64,000 nt of DNA from an uncultured Thermoleophilia bacterium (GTDB taxonomy: Bacteria; Actinomycetota; Thermoleophilia; UBA2241): assembly GCA_963715985.1 (NCBI GenBank), contig CAVQSP010000014.1:640001-704000 (forward strand). The letters are read 5' to 3'. Both the position numbers and the translations under genes were made by a program. The notes below the pieces were generated by a model. The model was not told the DNA's origin. It made no database searches and saw nothing but the letters and a program-made list of their open reading frames with translations. Below, piece after piece: positions 55,645 through 64,000 of this stretch. The first letter of the stretch is position 1. Each line of letters begins with the position of its first letter.

Positions 55645-55872
55645 CCGGCCGAAACGGGGCAGCGGGCTGCCAACCCGGGGAGCGGACGGGGAGGCCGGCT
55701 CACACGGCGTTCACAGCCCTCTGAGGGGCCTGGAGAGGGCCGGAGGTGGGGAGAGGGCCGGCCGAAACGGGGCAGCGGGCTGCCAACCCGGGGAGCGGAC
55801 GGGGAGGCCGGCTCACACGGCGTTCACAGCCCTCTGAGGGGCCTGGAGAGGGCCGGGAGGTGGGGGAGAGGC
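55645..55872. repeat. 113-bp tandem duplication in the mtbC/mttC convergent gap
   Basis: CCGGCCGAAACGGGGCAGCGGGCTGCC... starts at 55645 and again at 55758; near-identical apart from G-run lengths. Confidence 0.92.
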
Positions 55873-55924
55873 CCCCTTTGGGCCTCGAGACCCCATAACG
55901 GCTCGGTGACGCTCGCAACCAAGA

Positions 55925-55959
55925 GGGCGCCCCGGCCGCGTGGAGCGGCCGGGGCGCCC
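55925..55959 (-). terminator. hairpin downstream of mttC
   Basis: GGGCGCCCCGGCCGC-GTGGA-GCGGCCGGGGCGCCC, followed on the minus strand by TCTTGGTT. Confidence 0.55.
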
Positions 55960-56010
55960 ATCTGCTTCAGGCGCTCATTGCCCGGGCGAGAGTCGCCCGA
56001 TGGAACGGGC

Positions 56011-56637
56011 TCAGCCCATGAGCTCCTTGCACTTCTCGACGCCGAGCGAGGCGTTGGCGCCGTAGGCGTCCGCGCCCACTTCGGCGGCCCACTCGGCCGA
56101 GACCGGGGCGCCGCCGATGATGACCTTGATCTTGTCGCGCAGGCCGGCGTCCTTGAGCGCCTGGATCGTCTCCGGCATCTTGGGGATCGTCGTCGTGAGC
56201 AGGCCGCTCATCCCGAGGATGTCGGCGTCGTGCTCCTTGCAGGCGGCGACGAGGTCGGCAGGGGTGATGCCCTTGCCGAGGTTGATGACCTCGAAGCCGG
56301 CGCCGGACAGCAGCATCGCGACGAGGTTCTTGCCGATGTCGTGCATGTCGCCCTCGACGGTGCCGATGACGACCGTGCCGAGGCTGCCGCCGCCCTCACC
56401 GAGGAGCGGCTTGATGATGTCGAGGCAGGCCTGCATGGTGCGGGCGCTGAGCAGCACCTCGGGGATGAACTTGTCGCCGCTCTTCATCTGCTCGCCGACC
56501 ACGTCCATGCCGGGGAGCAGGGCGTTGTCGAGGATCTCGCGGGCCGCGGCACCGCCGTCGACCAGCGACTGGGTCGCGGCCGTGGCGGCGTCGTTGCCGT
56601 CGATGATCATCTGCTTGAGGGACTCAAAGTCTGCCAT
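56011..56637 (-). CDS. mttC: trimethylamine corrinoid protein
   Basis: FIPEVL, GTVEGDMHDIGKN, SGLLTTT and GGAP motifs; directly downstream of mttB. Confidence 0.85.
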   Translation of the reverse strand: MADFESLKQMIIDGNDAATAATQSLVDGGAAAREILDNALLPGMDVVGEQMKSGDKFIPEVLLSARTMQACLDIIKPLLGEGGGSLGTVVIGTVEGDMHDIGKNLVAMLLSGAGFEVINLGKGITPADLVAACKEHDADILGMSGLLTTTIPKMPETIQALKDAGLRDKIKVIIGGAPVSAEWAAEVGADAYGANASLGVEKCKELMG

Positions 56638-56685
56638 AGGATCCTATGTCCTCCATGTCGTGGCTTCGTTCCGGAGCCCTGGGAT

Positions 56686-58161
56686 TCAGGCGACTCCCGC
56701 GTCCTTCTCGGATTTTACGACGATGGCCCTGATTTCGGCCACGACGTCACTCGGCAGCTCGGCCACCTTGTGGCCGGCCACCAGCTCCTTGGCCTTCTCG
56801 TTGCAGCGGGAGTACATGTCGGTGCTGCCGTCCATCTCCCACTCTTCGCGGACGCGACGGTCGATGTTGCCCGCCTTGGACTGGTGCTCACGCATCAGCT
56901 TCAGGGTGCTCATCCTCGAGAGGAAGTCCTCCTCGGACCCCACTTCGATGATCTCATCCACCATCAGCGTCGCGTCGTTCGTGGGGATGCCACGAAGGAT
57001 GAACTTACAGATTCGCGCGATATCGTTGTCCATGACGAGCGTGGCGTAGTCGATGGTGACGCCCGACTCGATCATCCCGGCTCCGTAGATCAGGTTGAGC
57101 CCTCCCAACGCTGGCAGGAGGCCGGTGATGGTCTTCTCGTGGGCGCACTGCGCGTCGCCGCCGAGCTTGGAATCGCTCTACAACCCGGCGCCGTAGGTCG
57201 GCAGGCCGTAGAAGCGGCCCATCTCTGCGACGGCGGCGCTGATCATGCCGAGCTCGGGGGTGCCGACGGTCGCCGCGGCGCGCTGCAGGTCGAAGGCGGT
57301 GGTGGAGGTGCCGTAGACGCACTTGGCGCCCTTCTCGGCGAGCTGCGCGAGGACGATGCCGCCGAGCACCTCGGCGTTGTGCGTGACCATGGTGCCGGCC
57401 AGGGTGACCGGGGCCGAGCCGCCGGACATGGCCATGGAGAGCGGCATGGCGATCTGATGGGCGCGAGCCGCCTCGATGATGCAGCCGCTGAACTCGCCCA
57501 TGAGCTTGAGCGGGCTGACCGGGCAGCTGAGGAAGAGGAGCATCGGGCGGTCGGCCAGCTTGTCGTGACCGCCGGCCACGGCGGCCGTGGCGTCGATGTG
57601 CAGGCGGGCGCCGTGGTGACCGAGCGCGAGGCTGCAGATCGGCTTCGTGGTGTTGAGCAGCGACTGCTCGATGAGGTGCGCCTCGGCGACCTCCGGCGGC
57701 ACGTCGGTGGCCGTCACGGCGATGGTGTAGACCTCGATATCGTCGAGCGCGTCGACGAGGCGGGCGAGGTCGGCGACGTCCTTCTTCGTGGTCGGGCGCA
57801 GCTTGCCGTCCCACGGATCCACGGCCTTGACGCCCTCGGCGAAGTTGGTGAAGGCGACGCGCCGGCCCTCCATGACGAGGTCCTTGTCCGGCGTACGGCC
57901 GCAGAGCGTGACCGTGGAAGGCGCCCAGCTGATGCACTCCTCGAGGACGTGCGACGGGATCCTCACCTTGCGCGTCGAGCGGTCGACCTTGCAGCCGCCG
58001 TCGGCGAACAGGTCGATCGCCTCGTCGTCCTCCACCCAGAGGCCGGCCGTCTCGAGCACCTCGACGGTGCCCCAGTGGATGGCCTGCCTCTCGTCTTCGG
58101 AGAAGACATCGATGCCGATGCCTCCCTGGTGGTTGATGCCTGACCGTTGACTTCGAATCAT
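56686..58161 (-). CDS. mttB: trimethylamine:corrinoid methyltransferase, pyrrolysine at codon 328 (TAG 57180-57178), 491 aa
   Basis: ORFs 57178-58161 and 56686-57108 are in frame; read-through gives YGAGL-O-SDSK..DAQCAHEKT..LLPAL.G.NLIYGAGM, the MttB Pyl motif; also SAPVTLAGT..HNAEVL. Confidence 0.94.
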
Positions 58162-58247
58162 TCCGCCTCCTTCTTACAGCGTTTGCAGATCGCGGTCGTG
58201 GGCGAGCCTGTGCCGCTGTGGCGCTACGCTCGCCCGCCTCTCGTCAT
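58158..58247 (-). CDS. putative amber-containing leader peptide of mttB (MTRGGRA-amber-RHSGTGSPTTAICKRCKKEAE)
   Basis: GGGAGGAGG RBS, ATG at 58247, TAG at 58226-58224, final TGA overlapping the mttB ATG (ATGA). Confidence 0.4.
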
Positions 58248-58741
58248 GCCGCCTCCTCCCTGTGCTGCGTCAATCGCTCCACGACCCTGAGGTGAGCGAG
58301 GACGTGGCCGACAAGGCTCATTCCGGGCCCGAGCCCGGGGTGTAACGGTGCGCAACGAGGAGGGTGCGCCCTGCGAACACTACACACACCCTTCTCAGAC
58401 TGCGCTGTTCAGGACGGTCGTGTGCGCGACTATAGGTGACGGTGGCCGCATGCTTCAACGTTGATTCTTGTTCAGATATGGCGTACCAGCATCAACTCGA
58501 CTGGCCATCATGGCCAGTATCTCGGCCCGGCAGCCTCGGTTCTTGCGGCTTGGCGCGCCAGCCAAGGGCGATTTTCCGAGCAAACTATCCACAACGGCAC
58601 AGGTTTCTCGTATCATACATCCAGATTGGCGGGTGGGTGTATGTGGCACGGGCGTCTCCGCAGACGCAGAATGGCTGCGGCCCCTGGGGAGACACCGGCG
58701 CCGCCAGCTCCTCGGAGCGACGACATGCGGAAGGAGAAGCG

Positions 58742-59083
58742 ATGAGCGAGTGGCACGTGCTGAAGGGGAGGGCTGAGACCGACCCGGTGGCGCTGGCGCG
58801 CGAGCGTGAGGTGGTGGAGTGCGAGCTCGACGGGCGCGCGTTCGTCTTCGCCTGCGAGGTCGTCCCGAACCAGTGGTCGGGCAAGGGGGTCGCGGTCATG
58901 ATGAACCTGGCGGAACACGCCGGGAGCGCCGGGGACCCCATCTGCGTCCGCGACCTGGCCGCGGCATTCGAGGACGACGAACTGCCTCAGGAACTGGATC
59001 TCGCCACGATCGTCACATGCAGGACCCGCGCCGAGGGGCTCTTCGCGAGCGCCGCCGACATGGTCCAGCGCTCAGACTCCTGA
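58742..59083 (+). CDS. hypothetical protein
   Basis: AAGGAG RBS, 113 aa, plausible codon usage; no family recognised. Confidence 0.6.
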   Translation: MSEWHVLKGRAETDPVALAREREVVECELDGRAFVFACEVVPNQWSGKGVAVMMNLAEHAGSAGDPICVRDLAAAFEDDELPQELDLATIVTCRTRAEGLFASAADMVQRSDS

Positions 59084-59953
59084 GTCCGCGAGGGCGGTCA
59101 CGTCGCTGACGACATGGATGCCGCCGTTCACACACCCGTCGAGCACGGGGACCGGCTTGTACGAGATGCGGAGCAGGCGAGCGCCCTGCCTGATGTAGCT
59201 GGTCTCCGCCCGGCCGGAGCGGAGGGCGCGCTCGCGCGGGCAGTCCGGGTGCGCCGAACCGAGGCCGTGGAACACCTCGCAGCAGCGCGCCCCGAGGATG
59301 GTCTTCATCGTCCTGCCGGTGAAGGTCGCCGTCGCCGCGTTGGCACGCACGACCATGCCGTCGCCATCCAGCACTACGACCGATTCGTCCATGGCGTCGA
59401 ACACCTGCTGCCACTCGGCGAGGGCCAGCTCCAGGGCCTCTTCAGTCTCCCGCTCCGGAGTCATGTCGACGATCAGACCCTCAAGCGCTCGCACTCGTCC
59501 GTCATCGTCGAGCACCGCGACACCGCGCTCCCAGACCCACTTGCGCTGACCGGAGGCAGTCACGATGGGATACGAAGTGGTCCACGCGTTGTGCTTGTCG
59601 ATCGCGGCCTGGATGTCCCTGCAGACCCCCTCGCAGTGCCAGGGCACGACGAGGTCGGCGTAGGCCAGGCGCGCGTTGCCGACGAGCTCCTCAGGCTTGT
59701 AGCCGGTGAGGGCCTCCGCGCCCGCGCTCACGAACTCCATCGTCCACTGGGAATCGTCGGCGCAGCGATAGATCATCGCGGGAAGGCGTCCCATCAGGGC
59801 ACGGAGGACGCGTTCACGGTCCTCGACCGGGATGTCGTCGTCCAGAGACCTCCCGACGGCACCTCGCGTGAGCAGCAGTGCGAACTCCTCCCGGGTCAAG
59901 CGCACCTCCTCGACAGCAGCTGGACGGGCAGTCCGGGTGGCCCGACAGACCAA
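59072..59953 (-). CDS. tandem PAS-domain protein without an output domain (start may be about 59899-59905)
   Basis: MIYRC..WTMEFVS.G...LTGY.PEEL and KWVWERG PAS/PAC; second PAS VFDAMDE..RAN..CCEVFHG. Confidence 0.8.
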   Translation of the reverse strand: MVCRATRTARPAAVEEVRLTREEFALLLTRGAVGRSLDDDIPVEDRERVLRALMGRLPAMIYRCADDSQWTMEFVSAGAEALTGYKPEELVGNARLAYADLVVPWHCEGVCRDIQAAIDKHNAWTTSYPIVTASGQRKWVWERGVAVLDDDGRVRALEGLIVDMTPERETEEALELALAEWQQVFDAMDESVVVLDGDGMVVRANAATATFTGRTMKTILGARCCEVFHGLGSAHPDCPRERALRSGRAETSYIRQGARLLRISYKPVPVLDGCVNGGIHVVSDVTALADSGV

Positions 59954-60551
59954 AGCGACCGGACTCGCCGCGCCGTGTGGTACTCCATTCGCCCGGTATT
60001 ATTCGCGGCCCGGACGGGGTGCGGTCAATCACCCGACCACTCCTGGGGGCCCGCCGGCGGCGCCGGATCTCGGCTGCAGAGACACCACTGAACGGCGCGA
60101 CTCACTGCCTCGTTCTGTGCCGGACGGCGACCGGGAGTGGGGCCGGACGCATGCGTGGATCGTCCGACCTGAGCACGCCCCGCCGGCAAAGCCGGCGGGG
60201 AGGAGTGGGCGGAGAGGTGGTCGACGAGGGGGCGCCGGGCGCACCAGCGATGTGGGCCAGCAGGCAAGACGGCGGCTTCAGGTTATTGCGCTCCATGCGG
60301 GCCATCCTGTACAGTTCCGGCCAACTTTTCCACCATCAGGGAGAGGGTCATGGTACCCGTGCCGAGTACTTCCCCGCCGTCGCTCCCGGCGGCCGGCCAA
60401 GGAAAGCTGACTCCCGCTGCGGAGAAAGGGGGTCGCTGAGACCGAAGTCCGCCCTTCACTGCCCGTCCAGGCGTGAGGCCGGCTAGTCGCCGCGCACGCC
60501 TGGGCCCGCTTTTCAGCCGCGAAAGCACACGTTCTCCAGAGAGGGGAATTC

Positions 60552-62190
60552 ATGGCAGAGGGACTTTCACCGGTGGGAGGCTCCACCAAGTCATACGCCG
60601 AAGTGCGTATGGAGACGAACATGGTGCGCACCGTCACCTGGTGGCACGTGTTCTTCATCGCCGCGGGCGTGCCGGCTCTGGTCCTGTTCAACCTGGGCTC
60701 GATCTCGGCACTCACCGGCCCCGTCGCGCCGCTCGCCTGGACCATCTCGATGATCATCGGCTTCATCGACTGCTTCATCTACGCCGAGATCGCCGGCCTG
60801 CACCCGAGGAAGTCGGGCGGCACGGCCGTGCATGGCGCCACCGCCTGGATCCGCTACAGCCAGTACACGGCGCCGCTGTCACTGTGGTGCAACTGGGTGG
60901 CGTGGAGCCCGGTGCTGGCCATCGGCTCCGGCCTCGCCGCCGGCTACCTGCTCTCGATCTTCTTCGCGCCCGACGCCAGCATCAACACGTGGCAGATCAC
61001 GCTCGTTCCACTTCGACAACCTCGGCGCCAACGGCCTCGACATCCGCATCAACGCCACCTTCATCATCGGCGCCCTCATCCTGCTGGCGGTTTGGAACAT
61101 CCAGCACTACGGCATTCTGCGCACCGCCCGCATCCAGGTCATTCTCACGCTGGGCTCCCTCATCCCACTGCTCGTCGTGACCATCGTCCCGGTCTTCCAG
61201 GGCAGCGTCGTGATGAGCAACTTCTCGCCGTTCGCGCCGATCGTGAACTACGAGCCCCTGCAGTACGCCTGGAACCACCTCGGCTGGCAGTACTTCTTCG
61301 GCGCGCTGTTCATCGCCGCCTGGTGCACCTACGGGTTCGAGACGGCCGTCTGCTACATGAGCGAGTTCAAGAACCCCGGCAAGGACATGTCCAAGGCCAT
61401 CATCTGGTCGGGCGTGTTCTGCCTGTTCGTGTACATCCTCGTGCCGTTCGTCTTCCAGGGCGTGCTCGGCACCGAGGCCATGCTCGCTCCGGACATCTAC
61501 TCGGGGGCCGGCATCGGCCTTGCACTGGCCAGCATGATGGGCGCCGGCGCGGCGGTCACCAAGATCCTCGTGGTGCTGCTGGTCTTCACCCTGCTGCTCG
61601 CCATCATGACCGCCATGTCCGGCTCCTCGCGGACCATCTTCCAGGGCGGTCAGGACGGCTGGCTGCCCAAGTACCTGGCTCACCTCAACGACCACCACGT
61701 GCCCACGTACGCCATGTGGACCGACCTCACGTTCAACCTCATCCTCCTGCTGATGTCGGACTACATCTTCATCCTCGCCGCCTCCAACGTGAACTACCTG
61801 ATCTTCAACTTCCTCAACCTCAACGCCGGCTGGATCCACCGCATCGACAACGCCAAGGTGCCGCGACCCTACAAGGTGCCAATGCCGCTCTTCATCGCCG
61901 GCGTCGCCATGGCGTACGTCAACGTCTGGCTCATGGGATCCGGCGCCAACGTGTGGGGCAAGAACACCCTGCTCATCGGATGGATCGCGGCGCTCATCGC
62001 CATCCCGGTGTTCCTCTTCCGGCACTACGTCACCGACAAGGGCAAGTTCCCCGACCACATGCTCGGCGACCTGGTCCTCGAGGGACAGACTGAGCTTGGC
62101 CCCAAGAAGGCCGGCGCTTGGCCGTACGTGGCCATCGCCGTAGGTTTCGCGATCATGTTCACCGGCTACTGGTTCTTCGGCCGCTATTGA
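60552..62190 (+). CDS. APC family permease, candidate (di)methylamine transporter; +1 frameshift near 61006-61008
   Basis: GVPALVLF, YAEIAGLHPRKSGG, AAWCTYGFETAVCY and GSSRTIFQ motifs; the two ORF halves join when one base is removed. Confidence 0.85.
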
Positions 62191-62238
62191 TCTGAGAGGC
62201 GCGTGAGAGCGGTCCAGTCGCTCTCAGCGCACAAGAAG

Positions 62239-62277
62239 ACGGCCGCGGCGGGAGCTTCAAGCTCCCGCCGCGGCCGT
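62239..62277. terminator. hairpin between the convergent permease and USP genes
   Basis: ACGGCCGCGGCGGGAGC-TTCAA-GCTCCCGCCGCGGCCGT, a perfect 17-bp stem. Confidence 0.7.
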
Positions 62278-62313
62278 TGTCGTGCAGAGGTTCGAACGGC
62301 GCTCAGCGCGCGC

Positions 62314-62757
62314 TCACACCACCAGGATCGGTACGGTGCCGCCGGCCTCATTCAGCAACTTGCTGGCGGTGGATCCGAGATGGGTGCGCTGGCCTTCTTT
62401 CGCGCCGACGCCCTTCACGCCGACGACGATCATGCTGGCGCCGGAGTCCTTGGCCACCTTCACCATGGCCTCTTCGGGCGCGTCGGCCGTGCAGACGCTC
62501 GCCGACCTCACGCCGGCCTTCTCACAGACCGCTGAAGCCTCCGCTAGCTCTGCCTCGATACGTTTGACCAGCTTCTCGTACATCTCCTCGACGCCCATGT
62601 CGAGGCCGCGAAAGCCGATGCCCGGAGCGGGCCGGTCCTGCGAGCACGTGATGATGACCTCACCGTCGGGCGATTTCTTCGCCCAGTCGATGGCCGTGGC
62701 AAGAGCCCTCTTGGCGTGCTCTGATCCGTCGTAGCCGACGACGATCTTGTCCGCCAC
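62314..62757 (-). CDS. universal stress protein
   Basis: IVVGYDGS, MIVVG and LGSTASKLL..VPILVV motifs. Confidence 0.9.
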   Translation of the reverse strand: MADKIVVGYDGSEHAKRALATAIDWAKKSPDGEVIITCSQDRPAPGIGFRGLDMGVEEMYEKLVKRIEAELAEASAVCEKAGVRSASVCTADAPEEAMVKVAKDSGASMIVVGVKGVGAKEGQRTHLGSTASKLLNEAGGTVPILVV

Positions 62758-62855
62758 AGCTCCCCCTTCCGTCAGATTGCGATTTGCGCTGCACTTTACC
62801 CGGGCGGGAGGCTGTGCAATCCAGCCAGGGCGGGTCTCACCTGTCCTCCTCCCCC

Positions 62856-63407
62856 TCAGCGTCCTCGTCGTCGTACTTCGTCTTCCTCGTCGTCATCGTC
62901 CCACTCATCCCACTCCTCCTCGTCTTCTTCGTCGTCGGGGAGGTCTTTGAGCGCCTGTCTCGCAAGCTTGCGGACGTCGGGGTCCTTCTCCTTGCTGAGC
63001 GCCTCCAGGTCCTGGCGCGCGATACCTCCCATGCGCGTGAGCGTGTCGAACACCACGCTGAAGTAGAGCAGCTTGGTCTTGATGTCGGGGTCGCCGTACT
63101 CAGGGTAGGCGCGCACCGAGTCTGCGAGGGGCACGAGCATCGGCTCGCCCAGGGTCACCGCCATGCCCGTGATCTGTCTCAGAAGGTTGATGCCGCGACG
63201 GGGGAGACGGCGGCCGCTGTGGCCCGAGTTCTTCCTCGTCCACTGGACCGTCTCGTAGAGGTACTCCGCGAGATCGTACGGATCCTCGGCGATCAACGCC
63301 TTGGCCTGGCGGCTGGTGACCGGGTCCTTTGTGTAGTTGGCCCAGTCGATGAGCCGGGCGTAGTTGCGCTGGTCCTTGAGTTTCCTTAGTTTGTCGAGGT
63401 CGGGCAT
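62856..63407 (-). CDS. hypothetical helical protein with acidic C-terminal tail
   Basis: 183 aa; KDPDVRKLARQAL HEAT-like segment; D/E-rich tail. Confidence 0.7.
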   Translation of the reverse strand: MPDLDKLRKLKDQRNYARLIDWANYTKDPVTSRQAKALIAEDPYDLAEYLYETVQWTRKNSGHSGRRLPRRGINLLRQITGMAVTLGEPMLVPLADSVRAYPEYGDPDIKTKLLYFSVVFDTLTRMGGIARQDLEALSKEKDPDVRKLARQALKDLPDDEEDEEEWDEWDDDDEEDEVRRRGR

Positions 63408-63464
63408 GCGAAGCCTCGCTTGTATCCATGAGCCGGGCTGGACGAAGAGTGTATCCGGCGACGT

Positions 63465-63493
63465 TTGACTGCATATACCCCTATGGGTATCTT
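63465..63493 (+). promoter_or_regulatory. sigma70 promoter with a palindromic operator in the spacer
   Basis: TTGACT-N17-TATCTT overlapping the perfect palindrome ATACCC-CTAT-GGGTAT (63475-63490). Confidence 0.7.
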
Positions 63494-63538
63494 TGGGCGA
63501 GTGTGTCTTCGACAGCAGACCAGGAGAGAGGAGACGGC

Positions 63539-63883
63539 ATGCAACAAGGCCGTGTGGACATCGATGCCGGCATCTGCCTGCACAAGACCTCGGCTGTGGC
63601 CTCCACGGACGACATGCGCATGGTCACCTTCGAGATGGAGACCACGTGCGCGAACGTTGAACGGCTCATGGAGATCGTCGCCAACGGCGAGGCCATCGAC
63701 GCGTACCACGAGATCGACACGCGGGTGGAGAGCGACATCGTGGCGGCGGGCAAGACCGCGCGCGTGTGCACCGACTGCGTAGTCCCGGTGTCGGTGATCA
63801 AGGCGCTGCGCATCGCCGCCGGCCTTGCGATGGTGAGGGACGTGAACATCGCCATCGCGGAGGGCGACGCCCCCAAGGCCTGA
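63539..63883 (+). CDS. small Cys-containing protein resembling the DUF6951 family
   Basis: IDAGIC...ETTCANV...CTDCVVP..IKA...AAGLA..DV.I pattern; AGGAG RBS. Confidence 0.65.
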   Translation: MQQGRVDIDAGICLHKTSAVASTDDMRMVTFEMETTCANVERLMEIVANGEAIDAYHEIDTRVESDIVAAGKTARVCTDCVVPVSVIKALRIAAGLAMVRDVNIAIAEGDAPKA

Positions 63884-63895
63884 CAGTACGACCTG

Positions 63896-63932
63896 GGCCG
63901 GCCCGCGCGAGCGGGCCGGCCTTTCTTCGTTT
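63896..63932 (+). terminator. intrinsic terminator
   Basis: GGCCGGCCCGC-GCGA-GCGGGCCGGCC followed by TTTCTTCGTTT. Confidence 0.8.
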
Positions 63933-64000
63933 CGACCTTGTCACGAGGCTGCACACACCCCACAATAGCCTGCAGTCGCGGGCTCAACGGGGTTGCCGAC

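Noticed and set aside
55645-55872. CRISPR array
   Set aside because: Only two contiguous 113-bp units, no unique spacers and no cas genes.

Overview
High-GC bacterial chromosome segment, probably Actinomycetota (actinobacterial-type mihF and the mihF-gmk-rpoZ-coaBC order; a deep-branching class such as Thermoleophilia is my inference). Bases 1-37.2 kb are ordinary housekeeping genes, from the pyr/car genes through rimP-nusA-infB, rpsO-pnp, dapBA, rnj and ftsK to recA-recX. From about 37.2 kb to the end lies a methylamine-utilisation island. It encodes all three pyrrolysine (Pyl)-type methylamine:corrinoid methyltransferases: mtmB in two ~99% identical copies, mtbB and mttB. Each is split in the ORF track by one in-frame TAG at the conserved Pyl position and has its own corrinoid-protein gene. 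The island also carries three APC permeases, small membrane proteins, a GAF-type two-component system and USPs. Three patterns stand out. All four amber codons sit in the same GG(C/G)-TTG-TAG context, while true TAG stops in the window never do. Three of the four Pyl genes are preceded by short upstream ORFs with in-frame amber codons; for mttB, read-through ends in an ATGA overlap with the start codon, suggesting Pyl-sensing leader peptides (hypothesis). I did not see pylTSBCD, a RamA-type activator or a second-step methyltransferase in the window. Four single-base frameshifts in short homopolymers are probably sequencing errors.
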